58,238 nucleotides of DNA from Methanocellales archaeon. Its GTDB lineage: Archaea; Halobacteriota; UBA148. The stretch spans positions 1 to 58,238 of the forward strand of contig JASEEV010000005.1 in NCBI GenBank assembly GCA_030019435.1. The letters run 5' to 3'. Within the stretch, counting starts at the first letter, position 1; each line of letters opens with the position of its first letter. The translations under genes and the position numbers were made by a program. The notes under the pieces are model-generated. The model ran no database searches, was not told where the DNA came from, and saw nothing but the letters and a program-made list of their open reading frames with translations. Positions 39,586 to 51,026 of this stretch are shown piece after piece.

Positions 39586-40695
39586 TCATCTTTTCCAAAA
39601 TCCCATGAATTCTTCGCCTGCCTTCTCTAACTCCAACAGCAATTCTCTCTGTTTTTTACTCAGCTTCGTAGGCGTCTTTACTATCACTTTTACGTGCTGA
39701 TCTCCCCTGCCTCTTCCACGCAGGTGAGGAATGCCCATTCCTTTTAACCTAAACAGAGTGCCAGTCTGCGTGCCAGCAGGGATTTTCATCTTGGTCTTAT
39801 CCTCCAACGTTGGCACCTCTATCTCCGTTCCAAGGGCTGCTTGGGTAAAGCTGATAGGTATCTCGCAAATGACATCATCCCCGTCTCGCATAAAAACCTC
39901 ATGTTCTTGCACATGAACGACCACATACAAGTCTCCTGCAGGTCCGCCCCTGATGCCAGGCTCTCCTTCACCAGCGATTCTTAAGCGAGAGCCAGTATCT
40001 ACGCCAGGCGGAATTTTTACAGAGATCTTCCTTGTGCGGTGAACTTTTCCAGCACCATGGCAAGTGGGACAAGGTGCTTCTATGACTTCCCCCCCTCCAT
40101 GACATCTACTACATGTCGTGATAGAGGTAAACATTCCAAAAGCAGTCCTCCTGCTCTGCCTTATTTGCCCCGTTCCGTTGCAAGATGGACAGGTTTTCAC
40201 CCCTCCTGGTCTAGCGCCAGAGCCATTGCAAGCATCACAAGTCACCATGCGGGGTACCTCAACTTCCTTGGTGGTGCCAAAGGCAGCGTCCTCTAGAGTT
40301 ACATCTAGATCAGATATCAGATCAGCGCCTCTGGTAGGTCCATATCTCTCTCTTCTAGGACCAAAGAACATGTCGAAGATGTCTCTGCCAAAGAAATCCC
40401 TGCCAAAGAGATCCTCTATATCGCCAAAATGAGTGAAATCCCTCCAGGAGAAGCCTCCTCTGCCGAATATATCTCGCACAGCGGCATGACCGAACATGTC
40501 ATAATTAGCCCTCTTATCAGGGTCGACCAAAACTTCATATGCCTCAGAGATTTCCTTGAAGTTCTCTTCCGCCGCTTTTTTATCTGGGTTTACATCTGGA
40601 TGGTATTTCTTAGCTAATCGACGATAGGCTTTCTTTATCTCCTCTTGTGAGGCATTCCTGTCCACTCCAAGAACATCATAGTAATCACGTTTCAC
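39586..40695 (-). CDS. dnaJ: molecular chaperone DnaJ
   Basis: J domain with YHPDVNP, a G/F region, and four CxxCxG repeats ([32 protein letters not shown]). Confidence 0.95.
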   Translation of the reverse strand: MKRDYYDVLGVDRNASQEEIKKAYRRLAKKYHPDVNPDKKAAEENFKEISEAYEVLVDPDKRANYDMFGHAAVRDIFGRGGFSWRDFTHFGDIEDLFGRDFFGRDIFDMFFGPRRERYGPTRGADLISDLDVTLEDAAFGTTKEVEVPRMVTCDACNGSGARPGGVKTCPSCNGTGQIRQSRRTAFGMFTSITTCSRCHGGGEVIEAPCPTCHGAGKVHRTRKISVKIPPGVDTGSRLRIAGEGEPGIRGGPAGDLYVVVHVQEHEVFMRDGDDVICEIPISFTQAALGTEIEVPTLEDKTKMKIPAGTQTGTLFRLKGMGIPHLRGRGRGDQHVKVIVKTPTKLSKKQRELLLELEKAGEEFMGFWKR

Positions 40696-40704
40696 GCTAT
40701 GCCT

Positions 40705-42531
40705 CTACCCTTTCTTCTCCTCACCCTCTACCTCATAATCCACGTCCACTGCACCCTCGTCCTTTTCTGACTTCTTTTCCTCCTCCTCCCGTTTTTTGGC
40801 AGCCTCAGCATACATGGCGGCAAATAGCTCTTGAGATGTCTTAGCAAGCTCCTCCGTGGATTTTTTGACCCTCTCTACGTCATCGCCTTTCAGCGATTCT
40901 TTGACTTCTTCCAACGCTTTTTTGGTCTTCTCAAGTTTTTCTTTATCCAGCTTGTCACCGACCTCTTTGATCGCTTTTTCAGTGGAATATATCATCGCAT
41001 CAGCGTTGTTCCTGATCTCCGCTTCCCCCCTTCGCCTTCTATCCTCCTCTGCGTGTTCTTCCGCCTCTTTGACCATCCTCTCTATCTCTTCCTTGGGAAG
41101 TGCACCTGGCTTCTCAATGGTGGTCGATTGCTCTTTGCCAGTGCCAAGGTCCTTTGCTTTGACGTTCAGAATCCCGTTTGCATCGATGTCAAAGGTCACC
41201 TCGATCTGTGGTATTCCTCTTGGAGCGGGAGGAATTCCATCTAAGATGAACCTGCCAAGGGTTTTGTTGTAGACGGCCATCTCTCGCTCGCCCTGTAAGA
41301 TATGAATCTCCACAGACGGTTGATTATCCGCTGCTGTAGAGAAAATCTGACTTTTTCTGGTCGGGATGGTGGTGTTCCTCTCCACTAGTGGGGTGGCTAT
41401 GCCACCTAATGTTTCGATGCTCAGCGTTAGGGGAGTGACATCTAGTAGGAGCACCTCTTTTACCTCTCCTGCAAGAACGCCTGCCTGGATTGCCGCACCA
41501 AGGGCGACGCATTCATCTGGGTTAATATCCTTGTATGGTTCTTTGCCAAAGTATTCCCTCACAAGTTTCTGGACTGCTGGAGATCTTGTCTGACCCCCTA
41601 CAAGGATGACTTTGTCGATATCCTTTGGCTCTAATTTAGCATCAGACAATGCCTGCTTGATCGACCTTGCAGTTTTTTCCACCAGATCAGATGTCATACC
41701 CTCAAACTTCGCCCTTGTCAGCTTCACGTCAAGATGCTTTGGTCCACTTTTGTCTGCAGCTATAAATGGCAGGTTGACGTTCGTCGTTAGCACAGAAGAA
41801 AGTTCGATCTTGGCTTTTTCTGCTGCATCCTTTAACCTCTGCATTGCCACTTTATCCTCTCTCAGGTCAATGCCATTTTTCTCTTTAAACTCGTCAACCA
41901 ACCAATCTATTATACGCTGGTCCCAGTCGTCTCCTCCTAGGTGAGTATCACCAGAGGTGGACTTGACTTCAAAGACACCTTCGCCCAGCTCCAATGTGGA
42001 GACGTCAAAGGTGCCCCCACCTAAGTCATAGACCAAGATGGTAGCCCCCTCCTCTTTGTCCAGCCCATAAGCCAGAGAGGAGGCTGTAGGCTCATTGATG
42101 ATTCTCAGCACCTCTAGACCTGCGATCTCTCCAGCCTCTTTTGTCGCCGTTCTCTGGCTGTCATCGAAATAAGCAGGAACGGTAATTACGGCTTGAGTTA
42201 TCTTCTCTCCCAAACGGCTCTCTGCATCCCGTTTTAATTTTTGTATGATCATCGCCGATATTTCTTGGGGCGTGTATTCTTTGCCACCGATCCTCACTTT
42301 CTCTTTTGTGCCCATCTTTCTCTTGATCGATGTGACGGTGCGCTCTGGGTTGGATATGGCCTGTCTCTTGGCAACCTCGCCCACGATCCTCTCTCCAGTC
42401 TCCGTAAAGCCAACAACGGAAGGAGTAATTCTGCCCCCTTCTGCGTTGTTGATGATGGTTGGCTTACCAGCTTCCATCACTGCTATGCATGAGTTAGTTG
42501 TGCCAAGATCGATTCCAATCACCTTCGCCAC
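40705..42531 (-). CDS. dnaK: molecular chaperone DnaK (Hsp70)
   Basis: [28 protein letters not shown], and an acidic C-terminal tail. Confidence 0.97.
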   Translation of the reverse strand: MAKVIGIDLGTTNSCIAVMEAGKPTIINNAEGGRITPSVVGFTETGERIVGEVAKRQAISNPERTVTSIKRKMGTKEKVRIGGKEYTPQEISAMIIQKLKRDAESRLGEKITQAVITVPAYFDDSQRTATKEAGEIAGLEVLRIINEPTASSLAYGLDKEEGATILVYDLGGGTFDVSTLELGEGVFEVKSTSGDTHLGGDDWDQRIIDWLVDEFKEKNGIDLREDKVAMQRLKDAAEKAKIELSSVLTTNVNLPFIAADKSGPKHLDVKLTRAKFEGMTSDLVEKTARSIKQALSDAKLEPKDIDKVILVGGQTRSPAVQKLVREYFGKEPYKDINPDECVALGAAIQAGVLAGEVKEVLLLDVTPLTLSIETLGGIATPLVERNTTIPTRKSQIFSTAADNQPSVEIHILQGEREMAVYNKTLGRFILDGIPPAPRGIPQIEVTFDIDANGILNVKAKDLGTGKEQSTTIEKPGALPKEEIERMVKEAEEHAEEDRRRRGEAEIRNNADAMIYSTEKAIKEVGDKLDKEKLEKTKKALEEVKESLKGDDVERVKKSTEELAKTSQELFAAMYAEAAKKREEEEKKSEKDEGAVDVDYEVEGEEKKG

Positions 42532-42535
42532 ATCA

Positions 42536-43045
42536 TCACCTCTTAGCCACTTTGACCATGGCTGGTCTTATCACTTTTGATTTTAACGAATAACCCTTCT
42601 GCAATTCCTCCACCACGGTATTCTCAGGATGTTTCTTCGTTGCGATGCTCATGACGGCCTCATGTTTATAAGGGTCAAATCTCTCGCCCATTGCCTTTAT
42701 TGAAACGACTCCCTCTTTTTCTAAGATATCTTGCAATTGCTCAAGGATCATTCCTACGCCCTTAACTAAAGCCTTCTTGCTATGCTTTGCTGAGCTGAGA
42801 GCACGCTCGAGGTTATCGACGACGTCCAGTAGCTTGACTATCAACTTTTCATTGGCATACTTAGCAAATTCTTCTCTTTCCTTTAGGACGTTTTTCTTGT
42901 AATTCTCAAAATCGGCCTGCAAATACTGCAAGTGCTCCAGATATTCTTCGGCCAACGCACTCTTCTCTCTCAGCTCTTTTTTCAGGACCTTGATTTTTTC
43001 TTCCAACTCCTTCTTTTTTGGCTTTTTGTCTTTCATTCGCCTCAC
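42536..43045 (-). CDS. grpE: nucleotide exchange factor GrpE
   Basis: 169 aa. Coiled-coil N-terminus, ADFENYKKN, and FDPYKHEAV motifs. Confidence 0.9.
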   Translation of the reverse strand: MRRMKDKKPKKKELEEKIKVLKKELREKSALAEEYLEHLQYLQADFENYKKNVLKEREEFAKYANEKLIVKLLDVVDNLERALSSAKHSKKALVKGVGMILEQLQDILEKEGVVSIKAMGERFDPYKHEAVMSIATKKHPENTVVEELQKGYSLKSKVIRPAMVKVAKR

Positions 43046-43053
43046 TTTGCGGC

Positions 43054-43539
43054 TCAGTCTATCTTGATAGGCCTTCCTTTCCTCACCGGCATTGCACGTC
43101 TCAACGTCACCTCTAGCACTCCATTGTTGTAGTTGGCTTTCGCGCTGTCTGGATCCACCTCAGCTGGAAGATCTACATGTTCGGCGTATCGCCTGTTTTC
43201 CGTCTCAGCCTCGATCTCCAGCGTTGTTTTGGTTGCATTCAGCCTGATGTCCTTCTTTTCTATGCCCGGCATCTCTGCGATGACATGTATTTCATCGTCT
43301 GATTCGAATGTGTCGATCAGTGGTTTTCTCTCTTTGATTTCGATCTTCTCTTCCCAGGGAAATATGTTTCCAAACTCCCTGATCTCTGGCTCCTCTCCAG
43401 CTCGTCTTGTTAGCGAGAAACCGAACACGAGAGGTCTCCATGCCTCAAATGGTTTTTCTTCTTCGAACATCTCGTCTATCCTTTCAAATAAGTCCCTGAG
43501 CATGTCATCAAATGGACTCCTTCGCCATCTTCTTGCCAT
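43054..43539 (-). CDS. small heat-shock protein, Hsp20/alpha-crystallin family
   Basis: Alpha-crystallin domain (IDTFESDDEIHVIAEMPGIEKKDIRLNAT...ANYNNGVLEVTL). Confidence 0.85.
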   Translation of the reverse strand: MARRWRRSPFDDMLRDLFERIDEMFEEEKPFEAWRPLVFGFSLTRRAGEEPEIREFGNIFPWEEKIEIKERKPLIDTFESDDEIHVIAEMPGIEKKDIRLNATKTTLEIEAETENRRYAEHVDLPAEVDPDSAKANYNNGVLEVTLRRAMPVRKGRPIKID

Positions 43540-43572
43540 TTTTACCGCCTCAAAGATGGAAAATAAGGGGGT

Positions 43573-45207
43573 CTAGTATTCACCCATGCCGCCATACTCT
43601 TCTTCTGGGCCACCAGGCGGCACCCCTGGCCTCTCCTTCTCCAGCTTGCCAGCCGCAATGACGTCATCTATCCTGAGGATCATGACCGCTGCCTCCGTTG
43701 CAGAAGAAATGGCTTGCGTCTTCACCCTTAGCGGTTCGACCACACCAGCCTTCATCATGTCGATGACCCTTCCTCTGTAAACATCCAATCCAGCGTCCTT
43801 TTTGTCCCCCTCGTGCTCTGAGCGAAGAGCAACGAGCATGTCTATCGGATCCAGCCCAGCATTTTCGGCCAGCGTCCTTGGAATGGCCTCTAGCGCATTT
43901 GCAAACGCCTCTATAGCCAGTTGCTCTCTTCCACCAACAGAGGATGCATATTCCCTTAGGCGGAGTGCCACCTCTATCTCAGACGAGCCGCCGCCAGTCA
44001 CTTGCTTTTTATCTTCGATCACAACGCCTACCACGCGAAGCGCATCATGTAATGCCCGCTCGAGTTCATCGACAACGTGTTCGGTCCCACCTCTTAGAAG
44101 CAAGGACACCGCCTTTGGATTCTTGCACTTCTCTATGAACACCATTTCGTCCTCGCCGATCTTTCGCTCCTCGACCAATCCAGCTTTGCCCAGATCGCTC
44201 TTTGTGATCTCGTCGACGTTGGTGACTATTTTACCACCGGTTGCTCTAGCCAACTTCTCCATGTCGCTCTCTTTTACCCTTCTGACAGCAAGAATGCCAG
44301 CCTTCGCCAGATAGTGTTGCACCAGGTCATCGATTCCTTTCTGACAGAATGCCACATTTGCATCGGTTGCTTTGATCTTTTCAACTATGTTCTTCAGCAT
44401 GCTCTCCTCTTCATCTAGGAACGATTTCAGTTGGTCTGGTGACGTGATCTCTATTTTTGCATCCACTTCTGTTTTCTCGATCTCCAGTGCAGCGTTGATC
44501 AATGCTATCTTAGCGTTCTCCACCCTTTTCGGCATTCCAGGGTGTACTCTCTCCTTGTCGACGATCATTCCCTCTATCAGCTCAGAATCATCGGTGCTGC
44601 CTCCAACCTTCTTCTCGACTTTGACGTTGTCCACATCCACTGTGCCCTCTTCTTCTACAGCTCTAACCGCTTTCACGGCAAGCTCAGCCAGATTTCCTCT
44701 TTCTGCACCTTTTCCAGTCATCGCCGTTACCGCTATCTTTTTGAGCGCACTCTCATCATCTGCATCTACGGTGGTTGCAATAGAACCCAGGATTTCATGT
44801 GCCTTTTCTGCCGCCAATCTATAGCCGGATGCTATGACAGTCGGATGCACCTCTTGGTCTATCAACTCCTCTGCATGCTTCAACAATTCTCCTGCGATCA
44901 CGACAGCGGCAGTCGTGCCATCCCCTACCTCATCATCTTGCGTCTTCGCCACCTCCACCATCATCTTCGCAGCCGGATGCTCTATATCCATCTCCTTCAG
45001 AATCGTCACACCATCGTTCGTTATGACGACATCTCCCAATGAATCCACAAGCATCTTGTCCATTCCCCTGGGACCCAAGGTCGTACGTACAGCAGCCGCA
45101 ACCGCTCTAGCGGCAAGTATGTTCCTGCTCTGCGCCTCCCTTCCTCTCGTTCGTTCAGCACCCTCTCTTAATATCAATACCGGAGTTCCACCAATTTGTC
45201 CTGCCAT
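43573..45207 (-). CDS. ths: thermosome subunit (group II chaperonin)
   Basis: 544 aa with [38 protein letters not shown], and a C-terminal GGMGEY tail. Confidence 0.95.
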   Translation of the reverse strand: MAGQIGGTPVLILREGAERTRGREAQSRNILAARAVAAAVRTTLGPRGMDKMLVDSLGDVVITNDGVTILKEMDIEHPAAKMMVEVAKTQDDEVGDGTTAAVVIAGELLKHAEELIDQEVHPTVIASGYRLAAEKAHEILGSIATTVDADDESALKKIAVTAMTGKGAERGNLAELAVKAVRAVEEEGTVDVDNVKVEKKVGGSTDDSELIEGMIVDKERVHPGMPKRVENAKIALINAALEIEKTEVDAKIEITSPDQLKSFLDEEESMLKNIVEKIKATDANVAFCQKGIDDLVQHYLAKAGILAVRRVKESDMEKLARATGGKIVTNVDEITKSDLGKAGLVEERKIGEDEMVFIEKCKNPKAVSLLLRGGTEHVVDELERALHDALRVVGVVIEDKKQVTGGGSSEIEVALRLREYASSVGGREQLAIEAFANALEAIPRTLAENAGLDPIDMLVALRSEHEGDKKDAGLDVYRGRVIDMMKAGVVEPLRVKTQAISSATEAAVMILRIDDVIAAGKLEKERPGVPPGGPEEEYGGMGEY

Positions 45208-45211
45208 TATA

Positions 45212-46222
45212 TCATACCTCTTTAATTGATAGCACCGAATTGATTGTTTGTGGTTCTATATAAAATTTGTGGGACTTACTTTTTTTGTCTTGGATCAGGG
45301 AAATAAAATCGGTTGAATCATCTAACTCGTCCAGCTCATCCTTTTCCACCAGCACCGTGTCATCTATTTGTGATGTTCTGGATCGCCCTTCGACGATGAA
45401 CACGGACTGCGTGCGAGCAACGTTTGAGATGTTGCTCATCAATCTGGCTCTTTTGATCATCGTATCGGTATATTTGCTGATTCCAGTGAGTATCGTGATG
45501 GTATCATCCTGTGACAACGCGTTGAACGGTGCATGTGCGATTGGTAGGACGTCAAATCCAATGTCAACCAATATTTGTAGGACATCTCGCACCATCAGGG
45601 ACAGAGAATCCAGACATAACTGCAATTCATTTTGTGATCGTGAATATAATAGATCGATGGGACATGCTAGTGGCATGTCTAAGATGGATTCAAGTTTTAG
45701 CGCTATCTTAATCGTCGCATCCATCCCCTCCTCGTATTTACTGATGGTTCGTCGAGAGACACCCAGTTCAAGTGCTAGTGCACCTAGGGAGATCCTTTTG
45801 TCTGTACGGGCCTCTCGCAGCACATCATCATCGATGCTGACGTATAGTCCTCCAGGTGCGGCATATACTAATGGCGGAACATCTTCCACGAAATAATCAT
45901 ATAACGTTCGTACGTTGATGGAGGGAATCCCATAGCGAATATATACGGCACCATTCTCCAGCAGCTTGTCTCTCGTCTTCTCGCCGATGACGAGAGGATA
46001 GCCGATCAGATGGTTTGCCAGACGTCTTATCTCATTTGCGATCTCCACGCTCAGCCCATCGATGTTGGAGAGCACCTTCAGCAGCAATAGTAGCTGGTCC
46101 CTTCTCGCAGCGAGATCGAAACTCCTGGGGCGAACATCACATCGGTCTGACACGAAGAATCCCGCCCTCTCTAGTACGTCCGAGACTTGCTGTAGTAATG
46201 CATCTCGGCTCATGATATTCAC
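45212..46222 (-). CDS. putative HTH-type transcriptional regulator (COG1395-like, archaeal)
   Basis: N-terminal [25 protein letters not shown] and a central XRE-type HTH ([23 protein letters not shown]). It ends 4 nt upstream of the thermosome start. Confidence 0.65.
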   Translation of the reverse strand: MNIMSRDALLQQVSDVLERAGFFVSDRCDVRPRSFDLAARRDQLLLLLKVLSNIDGLSVEIANEIRRLANHLIGYPLVIGEKTRDKLLENGAVYIRYGIPSINVRTLYDYFVEDVPPLVYAAPGGLYVSIDDDVLREARTDKRISLGALALELGVSRRTISKYEEGMDATIKIALKLESILDMPLACPIDLLYSRSQNELQLCLDSLSLMVRDVLQILVDIGFDVLPIAHAPFNALSQDDTITILTGISKYTDTMIKRARLMSNISNVARTQSVFIVEGRSRTSQIDDTVLVEKDELDELDDSTDFISLIQDKKSKSHKFYIEPQTINSVLSIKEV

Positions 46223-46266
46223 TCAGCCAATACTTCTATATAATATTATGCATCTAAAATGAGGTG

Positions 46267-47514
46267 ATGCTCCTCGGGATCGATGATACGGACTCAAAGA
46301 AAGGGATGTGTACCACCTACATAGCAGCAGTATTAGTGGAAAGACTGCAGAGCTATGGGATCAAGGGATATTCAAGGCTGATCAGGCTAAATCCAAACAT
46401 CAAGTACAAGACGAGGGGAAATGGCGCAGTCGCCATCGAAATCGAGGCTGATGAGGAGCAAGCAACAGAAATCATGGACATCGCCGTCCAGACGGTGGAG
46501 GAATTGGCTGAATTGGACGATCCGGACACGAATCCAGGCATCGTGCTCTTGGATCATGTCCCTCCTGAGGTGGAGAAATTCTCAGAGCGAGTAGTACGAG
46601 ACATAGTCACGATCAAAGAGGGTATGGATCTTGCGAAGAAACATGGAATGGTGCATGCTTTTAAAAACGGCAGGGGTGTTATCGGTGCACTAGCAGCGGT
46701 CGGTGTCTCGATAGAGAATCATACATACGAGCTGATGGCTTACAGGTGCAAAGAGCGCTGGGGCATGCCTAGGCGTATCGATAAGACATCAGTACTGGAA
46801 GCGGACCAGGCGACATACCCCCACACATGGGATACTGTAGATCTTGCCAACGACGTGATCGTCTTTTCGCCACACTCCCCATGTCCGGTCTTGTTTGGAA
46901 TCAGGGGCGATGATGTTGACGAAATCAAAAGGGCGTTCAAGATGATCAAGTCTGAGCCGATAGAGCGGCACATAGTATTCAAAACCAACCAGGGTACCGA
47001 TGCGCACCTAGTATACAAAAGGATCGCCTCTGCAAAAAATGGGCGCTCATATGTTTTGGGCGGAACTGTGGTAAAACAGCCACATTCCATCCAAGGAGGA
47101 CATGTCTTCTTCACCATTGCAGGGAATGGGCACAAGATCGATTGCGCTGCTTATGAGCCGACGAAGAACTTCCGAGATGTGATTCGAAAGCTTTGCGTCG
47201 GCGATAGAATTGCAGTCTATGGCGGCGTGAAAGATCAAACGATCAATCTGGAGAAGATCGAGGTCTTATCGCTCGAAGACCAGTTCCTAGTGCGCAATCC
47301 CATCTGTCCGAAATGTCAAAAACGGATGAAATCCTCTGGAAAAAATCAAGGATATCGATGCCGAAAGTGCGGTACAACCTCGCGAGAGGAAGAGCACATC
47401 TTTGTCCCAAGAGACCTGAAACTGGGCCTGTACGAAGTTCCCCCATGTGCGAGAAGACACATATCGAAGCCGTTGATCAGAATGACTGGGGAGAGAATCC
47501 ATCCTAGTAGGTGA
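46267..47514 (+). CDS. tiaS: tRNA(Ile2) 2-agmatinylcytidine synthetase
   Basis: [19 protein letters not shown]-terminus, an OB-like domain, and a C-terminal Zn ribbon (CPKCQKRM...CRKCG). Confidence 0.85.
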   Translation: MLLGIDDTDSKKGMCTTYIAAVLVERLQSYGIKGYSRLIRLNPNIKYKTRGNGAVAIEIEADEEQATEIMDIAVQTVEELAELDDPDTNPGIVLLDHVPPEVEKFSERVVRDIVTIKEGMDLAKKHGMVHAFKNGRGVIGALAAVGVSIENHTYELMAYRCKERWGMPRRIDKTSVLEADQATYPHTWDTVDLANDVIVFSPHSPCPVLFGIRGDDVDEIKRAFKMIKSEPIERHIVFKTNQGTDAHLVYKRIASAKNGRSYVLGGTVVKQPHSIQGGHVFFTIAGNGHKIDCAAYEPTKNFRDVIRKLCVGDRIAVYGGVKDQTINLEKIEVLSLEDQFLVRNPICPKCQKRMKSSGKNQGYRCRKCGTTSREEEHIFVPRDLKLGLYEVPPCARRHISKPLIRMTGERIHPSR

Positions 47515-47549
47515 TCGTCAGCTTTATCAGTACTGTCCTCAAAAAAGGG

Positions 47550-48452
47550 ATGACGATGAAATTGGAAAGTTTGCGGCATGGGACCGCGCTGCTCAAGCGA
47601 GGTCTCGCTAAAATGCAGAAAGGCGGCGTCATCATGGATGTCACCAATGCAGATCAAGCTAGAATTGCAGAAGAGGCGGGAGCGGTGGCTGTGATGGCGC
47701 TCCATGCCGTACCGGCGGACATTCGTAAATCTGGAGGTGTGGCTAGAATGGCCGATCCTCTGATCATATCAGAGATCATGGATGCCGTCACGATTCCAGT
47801 GATGGCAAAGGTCAGAATAGGTCATTTTGTGGAGGCGCAGATACTTGAGGCGCTTGGTGTGGATATGATCGATGAGTCAGAGGTGCTGACGCCTGCAGAT
47901 GAGAAATCCCACATCGATAAGGTCGGGTTCACCGTTCCGTTCGTCTGTGGTGCCAGAGATCTAGGAGAAGCGCTGAGAAGAATCAACGAGGGGGCGGCGA
48001 TGATCAGGACCAAAGGAGAAGCCGGAACTGGTGACATAAAAGAGGCTGTCCGACACATGAAACAGATAATGGGCTCGATCAGGGAGCTAAAGGGCATGAA
48101 CGATGAAGAGCTGATGAAAGTCTCCAGGAAATTAGGAGCACCGTTCGAACTCGTCAAGGAGACGGCTGAGATGCAGAGATTGCCAGTGGTGAACTTTGCC
48201 GCAGGCGGAATAGCAACGCCAGCAGATGCAGCGCTGATGATGCGTCTAGGGGCGGATGGCGTCTTCGTTGGCTCAGGAATCTTCAAAGCAGAGTTTCCAG
48301 AGAAAATGGCCAAGGCAATTGTAGAAGCGGTGAACAACTATGACAAGCCAGAAGTTCTTGCAGAGATATCAAAAGGACTGGGCGGACAGATGAAAGGGCT
48401 GGACATCCATGTCTTGTCCGAGGATGAGATGCTGCAGACGCGTGGCTGGTAG
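47550..48452 (+). CDS. pdxS: pyridoxal 5'-phosphate synthase lyase subunit PdxS
   Basis: [44 protein letters not shown], and [30 protein letters not shown]. Start at 47550 or 47556. Confidence 0.93.
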   Translation: MTMKLESLRHGTALLKRGLAKMQKGGVIMDVTNADQARIAEEAGAVAVMALHAVPADIRKSGGVARMADPLIISEIMDAVTIPVMAKVRIGHFVEAQILEALGVDMIDESEVLTPADEKSHIDKVGFTVPFVCGARDLGEALRRINEGAAMIRTKGEAGTGDIKEAVRHMKQIMGSIRELKGMNDEELMKVSRKLGAPFELVKETAEMQRLPVVNFAAGGIATPADAALMMRLGADGVFVGSGIFKAEFPEKMAKAIVEAVNNYDKPEVLAEISKGLGGQMKGLDIHVLSEDEMLQTRGW

Positions 48453-48460
48453 AGCTAATT

Positions 48461-49051
48461 ATGATTCGGATCGGCGTGATCGCGCTGCAAGGAAATATAG
48501 AGGAGCATGTTCAAGCTGCGGAGCGTGCGTTGGCTGAGCGTGGTGGCGGTGAGGTCATCCAGATCAAACACAGCGGAATCATCCCGGGCTGCGATGCCAT
48601 CATCATCCCAGGAGGGGAGAGCACAACTGTAGGACGGTTGATGGAGCGAGAGGGCATCACTCCTGAAATCAAAGCTGCTGCGAAACATACTCCAATCCTT
48701 GGGACATGCGCAGGTCTCATTCTGCTCGCAAAACATGGTGATGAGCAAATAGAGCGAACGAAGCAGCCGTTGCTAAAACTAATGGACATTCATGTGAAAA
48801 GAAATGCATTTGGGCGACAAAGGGAGTCGTTTGAGGCTTTGCTGGACATACCTGTGTTGGGTGGTGAGCCTTTCCCTGCTGTCTTCATCAGAGCCCCAGC
48901 GATCACGCATGCGGAAAAGGATGTGCAAATCCTTGCATCCTTAGGCGAGTATATCGTCGCCGCTCGGCAGAAGAATTTGCTCGCACTGGCATTTCATCCT
49001 GAGCTGACCGATGACATGAGGTTTCATCACTATTTCCTGGACATGATTTAG
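48461..49051 (+). CDS. pdxT: pyridoxal 5'-phosphate synthase glutaminase subunit PdxT
   Basis: IGVIALQGNIEEH, GTCAGLILL (catalytic Cys), and AFHPELT. Confidence 0.92.
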   Translation: MIRIGVIALQGNIEEHVQAAERALAERGGGEVIQIKHSGIIPGCDAIIIPGGESTTVGRLMEREGITPEIKAAAKHTPILGTCAGLILLAKHGDEQIERTKQPLLKLMDIHVKRNAFGRQRESFEALLDIPVLGGEPFPAVFIRAPAITHAEKDVQILASLGEYIVAARQKNLLALAFHPELTDDMRFHHYFLDMI

Positions 49052-49632
49052 TTGTGAAGGAACACTTGCAGGATGAAGTTGGGATTCATAAAATAGGCTG
49101 TCGGAGGTCGACAGGTTTAGTATGAATACATGGAAACAAAGGAGATGATCATGATGAGGAGGTGCAACTAAAATGATGATACTTATTACGTATATCATAA
49201 TTTTGTTGGGAATATTGTTGACTCTGCTCGGTGCTTTAAAGAGAAAAAACTTATGGAAAACTTCTGTTAGGCATAGGAATGACGATCACGATATTAGGAA
49301 TATATTTTATTTATGTTATTACCCTACCCTTGGGGGTAGATAAAATCATGGAATCTTCCGACAACCTAACTAAAAAATTTATTTTTGAACAGAAAGCACT
49401 TTCGTAGCAGAAAGCTTTTCAAGTAGAGCCCTCAAACCTTTATTACTTCACTCAGCACTTATGTTTTTATTTTAAATGGTCTGTAGGGTGACAGTTTCTT
49501 TATACACCCCATACCCCAAACAATACATGAGGTATTACAAACATGGTGTGCGCTTTCATCAAAATTTCGAATAAAAAATCAGAACTTTTAAGAAATCCTC
49601 TCTCAGAAAAGGATGGGAGAATAACTCGAAAG

Positions 49633-50385
49633 ATGCGCGCCAAAATATTTGTGAGAAAAATCTCAAAAGGGTTGCTACCATTCGATTATCAGTATGCCTT
49701 AGCTTCGATGTTATATGGGAAGCTCGCGCTTGGAAATATTCGTCTCGCAAACGAATCTCATTCTCACCAGGGCTTCAAGTTCTACAATTTTTCAAATCTG
49801 ATAATTCCGGATCGTCGCCCTTCACGCAAAGGATTGGCATTCGAGGATGCTCATTTCATCCTGACTTCGCCTGATGTCGAATTTGTCAGGAGCTTTGCAG
49901 AAGGTCTTTTGCAGGAGCAGGATTTTCATTTGTACGACCAGAATTTCATCGTGACCAAGATCGAAATCCTAGAGCAGAAGAAGCTTCCTAGTCCGTCCAC
50001 GTTCAGGACTATAAGCCCGATATTCATCAAAACGCTGCGAGAGGAGAATGGCGAGCTTAAGGAATGGGAACTCTATCCGATGGACGGAAAATTCCATGAA
50101 AATATTCACAAAAATCTTGTTGAGCGTTATACTGAGTACCATGGTGTGCCGCCCAAAAAAGATCACTTTCACATAACTCGCGTAAGAAGTTTTAAGGGAA
50201 AGCGCATTCTAATAGGCAGTGGCGAAAAAGCCACGCCCAGAAGATGCAGTCTGATGACTTTTGACCTAGAAGCCAGTCCTGAGTTGCTAAATTTTGCTTA
50301 CGACGCTGGCATAGGGGAAAAGAATGCGATGGGTTTTGGATGTGTGGAGGTTGTAGGAAACGGGAGAAACGATAATAACGAGTGA
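49633..50385 (+). CDS. cas6: CRISPR-associated endoribonuclease Cas6
   Basis: Duplicated ferredoxin-like pattern and a C-terminal Gly-rich loop GIGEKNAMGFGCVEV. The ATG at 49633 (MRAKIFV) is preferred over the ORF-track start at 49543. Confidence 0.8.
   Translation: MRAKIFVRKISKGLLPFDYQYALASMLYGKLALGNIRLANESHSHQGFKFYNFSNLIIPDRRPSRKGLAFEDAHFILTSPDVEFVRSFAEGLLQEQDFHLYDQNFIVTKIEILEQKKLPSPSTFRTISPIFIKTLREENGELKEWELYPMDGKFHENIHKNLVERYTEYHGVPPKKDHFHITRVRSFKGKRILIGSGEKATPRRCSLMTFDLEASPELLNFAYDAGIGEKNAMGFGCVEVVGNGRNDNNE
50320..50357 (+). repeat. cas6 3'-terminal segment, copy 1 of 3 (in situ, coding NAMGFGCVEVVG)
   Basis: AAGAATGCGATGGGTTTTGGATGTGTGGAGGTTGTAGG recurs at 51455 and 52151 with 3 mismatches each. 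Confidence 0.9.
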
Positions 50386-50412
50386 GTCGAAAGTTGTGTT
50401 AGAGGTGAAAAA

Positions 50413-50577
50413 GTGGACAAAACGCTAGAGGAGTTTTTGAAAAGCGAGAAAGTCAAGACCCTAAAACCAGACGAATGTGGTCTCATCTATGATGAGAAGA
50501 GGGGTTTGTTAATAGGGGTTTGCAATAAGGATGGAGAAATTAAGGTCACGTTGAAAAAGAAAATCGAGGAGATTTGA
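50413..50577 (+). CDS. hypothetical small protein (54 aa), below the ORF-track cutoff
   Basis: GTG start preceded by GAGGTGA. Its TGA stop directly abuts the TTG start of the next gene. Translation: VDKTLEEFLKSEKVKTLKPDECGLIYDEKRGLLIGVCNKDGEIKVTLKKKIEEI. Confidence 0.3.
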   Translation: MDKTLEEFLKSEKVKTLKPDECGLIYDEKRGLLIGVCNKDGEIKVTLKKKIEEI

Positions 50578-51018
50578 TTGTCGATTGTAGTGTCTAAGGG
50601 GACTATATTAGAGAAAATTAAAGGGCTCTTTAACGCTCACTCATGCATTGAACTTGCGTATCTGTTTGGCTCTATGGCTAATGAGAAAAGAGGAAAGTTG
50701 AGTGATGTAGACATAGGAGTATATCTCAATGATGCTTTGACCAAAGAGGAGAGGGATGAAGAGATGCTGAGCATCATCAGCGAGATCGTCTCGCTATTAA
50801 AAACGGATAAAGTAGATGTAGTGGTAATGAATGATGCACCTGTTTCCCTTAATTATGAGATAATAAAATGCAACGCCCCAATCTTCATGAGAGACGAAGG
50901 AAAAAGGGTTGATGTCGAGCAAACGATTTTGTCCAGATATCTAGATAGAAGGTATCATGAAAAGATGGCCTCTGACATATTCCTGAGAAAGGTGATGGAG
51001 GAAGGTATCACTTATTAG
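50578..51018 (+). CDS. minimal nucleotidyltransferase (MNT/MntA-like antitoxin)
   Basis: GS-x(n)-DxD motif (LFGSMANEKRGKLSDVDIGVY), 146 aa, TTG start. Confidence 0.75.
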   Translation: MSIVVSKGTILEKIKGLFNAHSCIELAYLFGSMANEKRGKLSDVDIGVYLNDALTKEERDEEMLSIISEIVSLLKTDKVDVVVMNDAPVSLNYEIIKCNAPIFMRDEGKRVDVEQTILSRYLDRRYHEKMASDIFLRKVMEEGITY

Positions 51019-51026
51019 GTGAGATT

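Noticed and set aside
49575-49585. AAAATCAGAAC, about 50 nt upstream of the cas6 ATG, matches the first 11 nt of the repeat core AAAATCAGACC with one mismatch. This hints at a repeat-like regulatory element in the cas6 leader.
   Set aside because: Only the 11-mer matches, and the remaining 16 nt do not align. By my rough estimate, about one such 11-mer match with one mismatch is expected by chance in 2 x 58 kb. The position is suggestive, but the evidence is insufficient.
49052-49632. I searched the region upstream of cas6 for a CRISPR array or leader.
   Set aside because: No recurring 25-40 nt unit was found. There is only AT-rich sequence and the small frameshifted membrane ORF.
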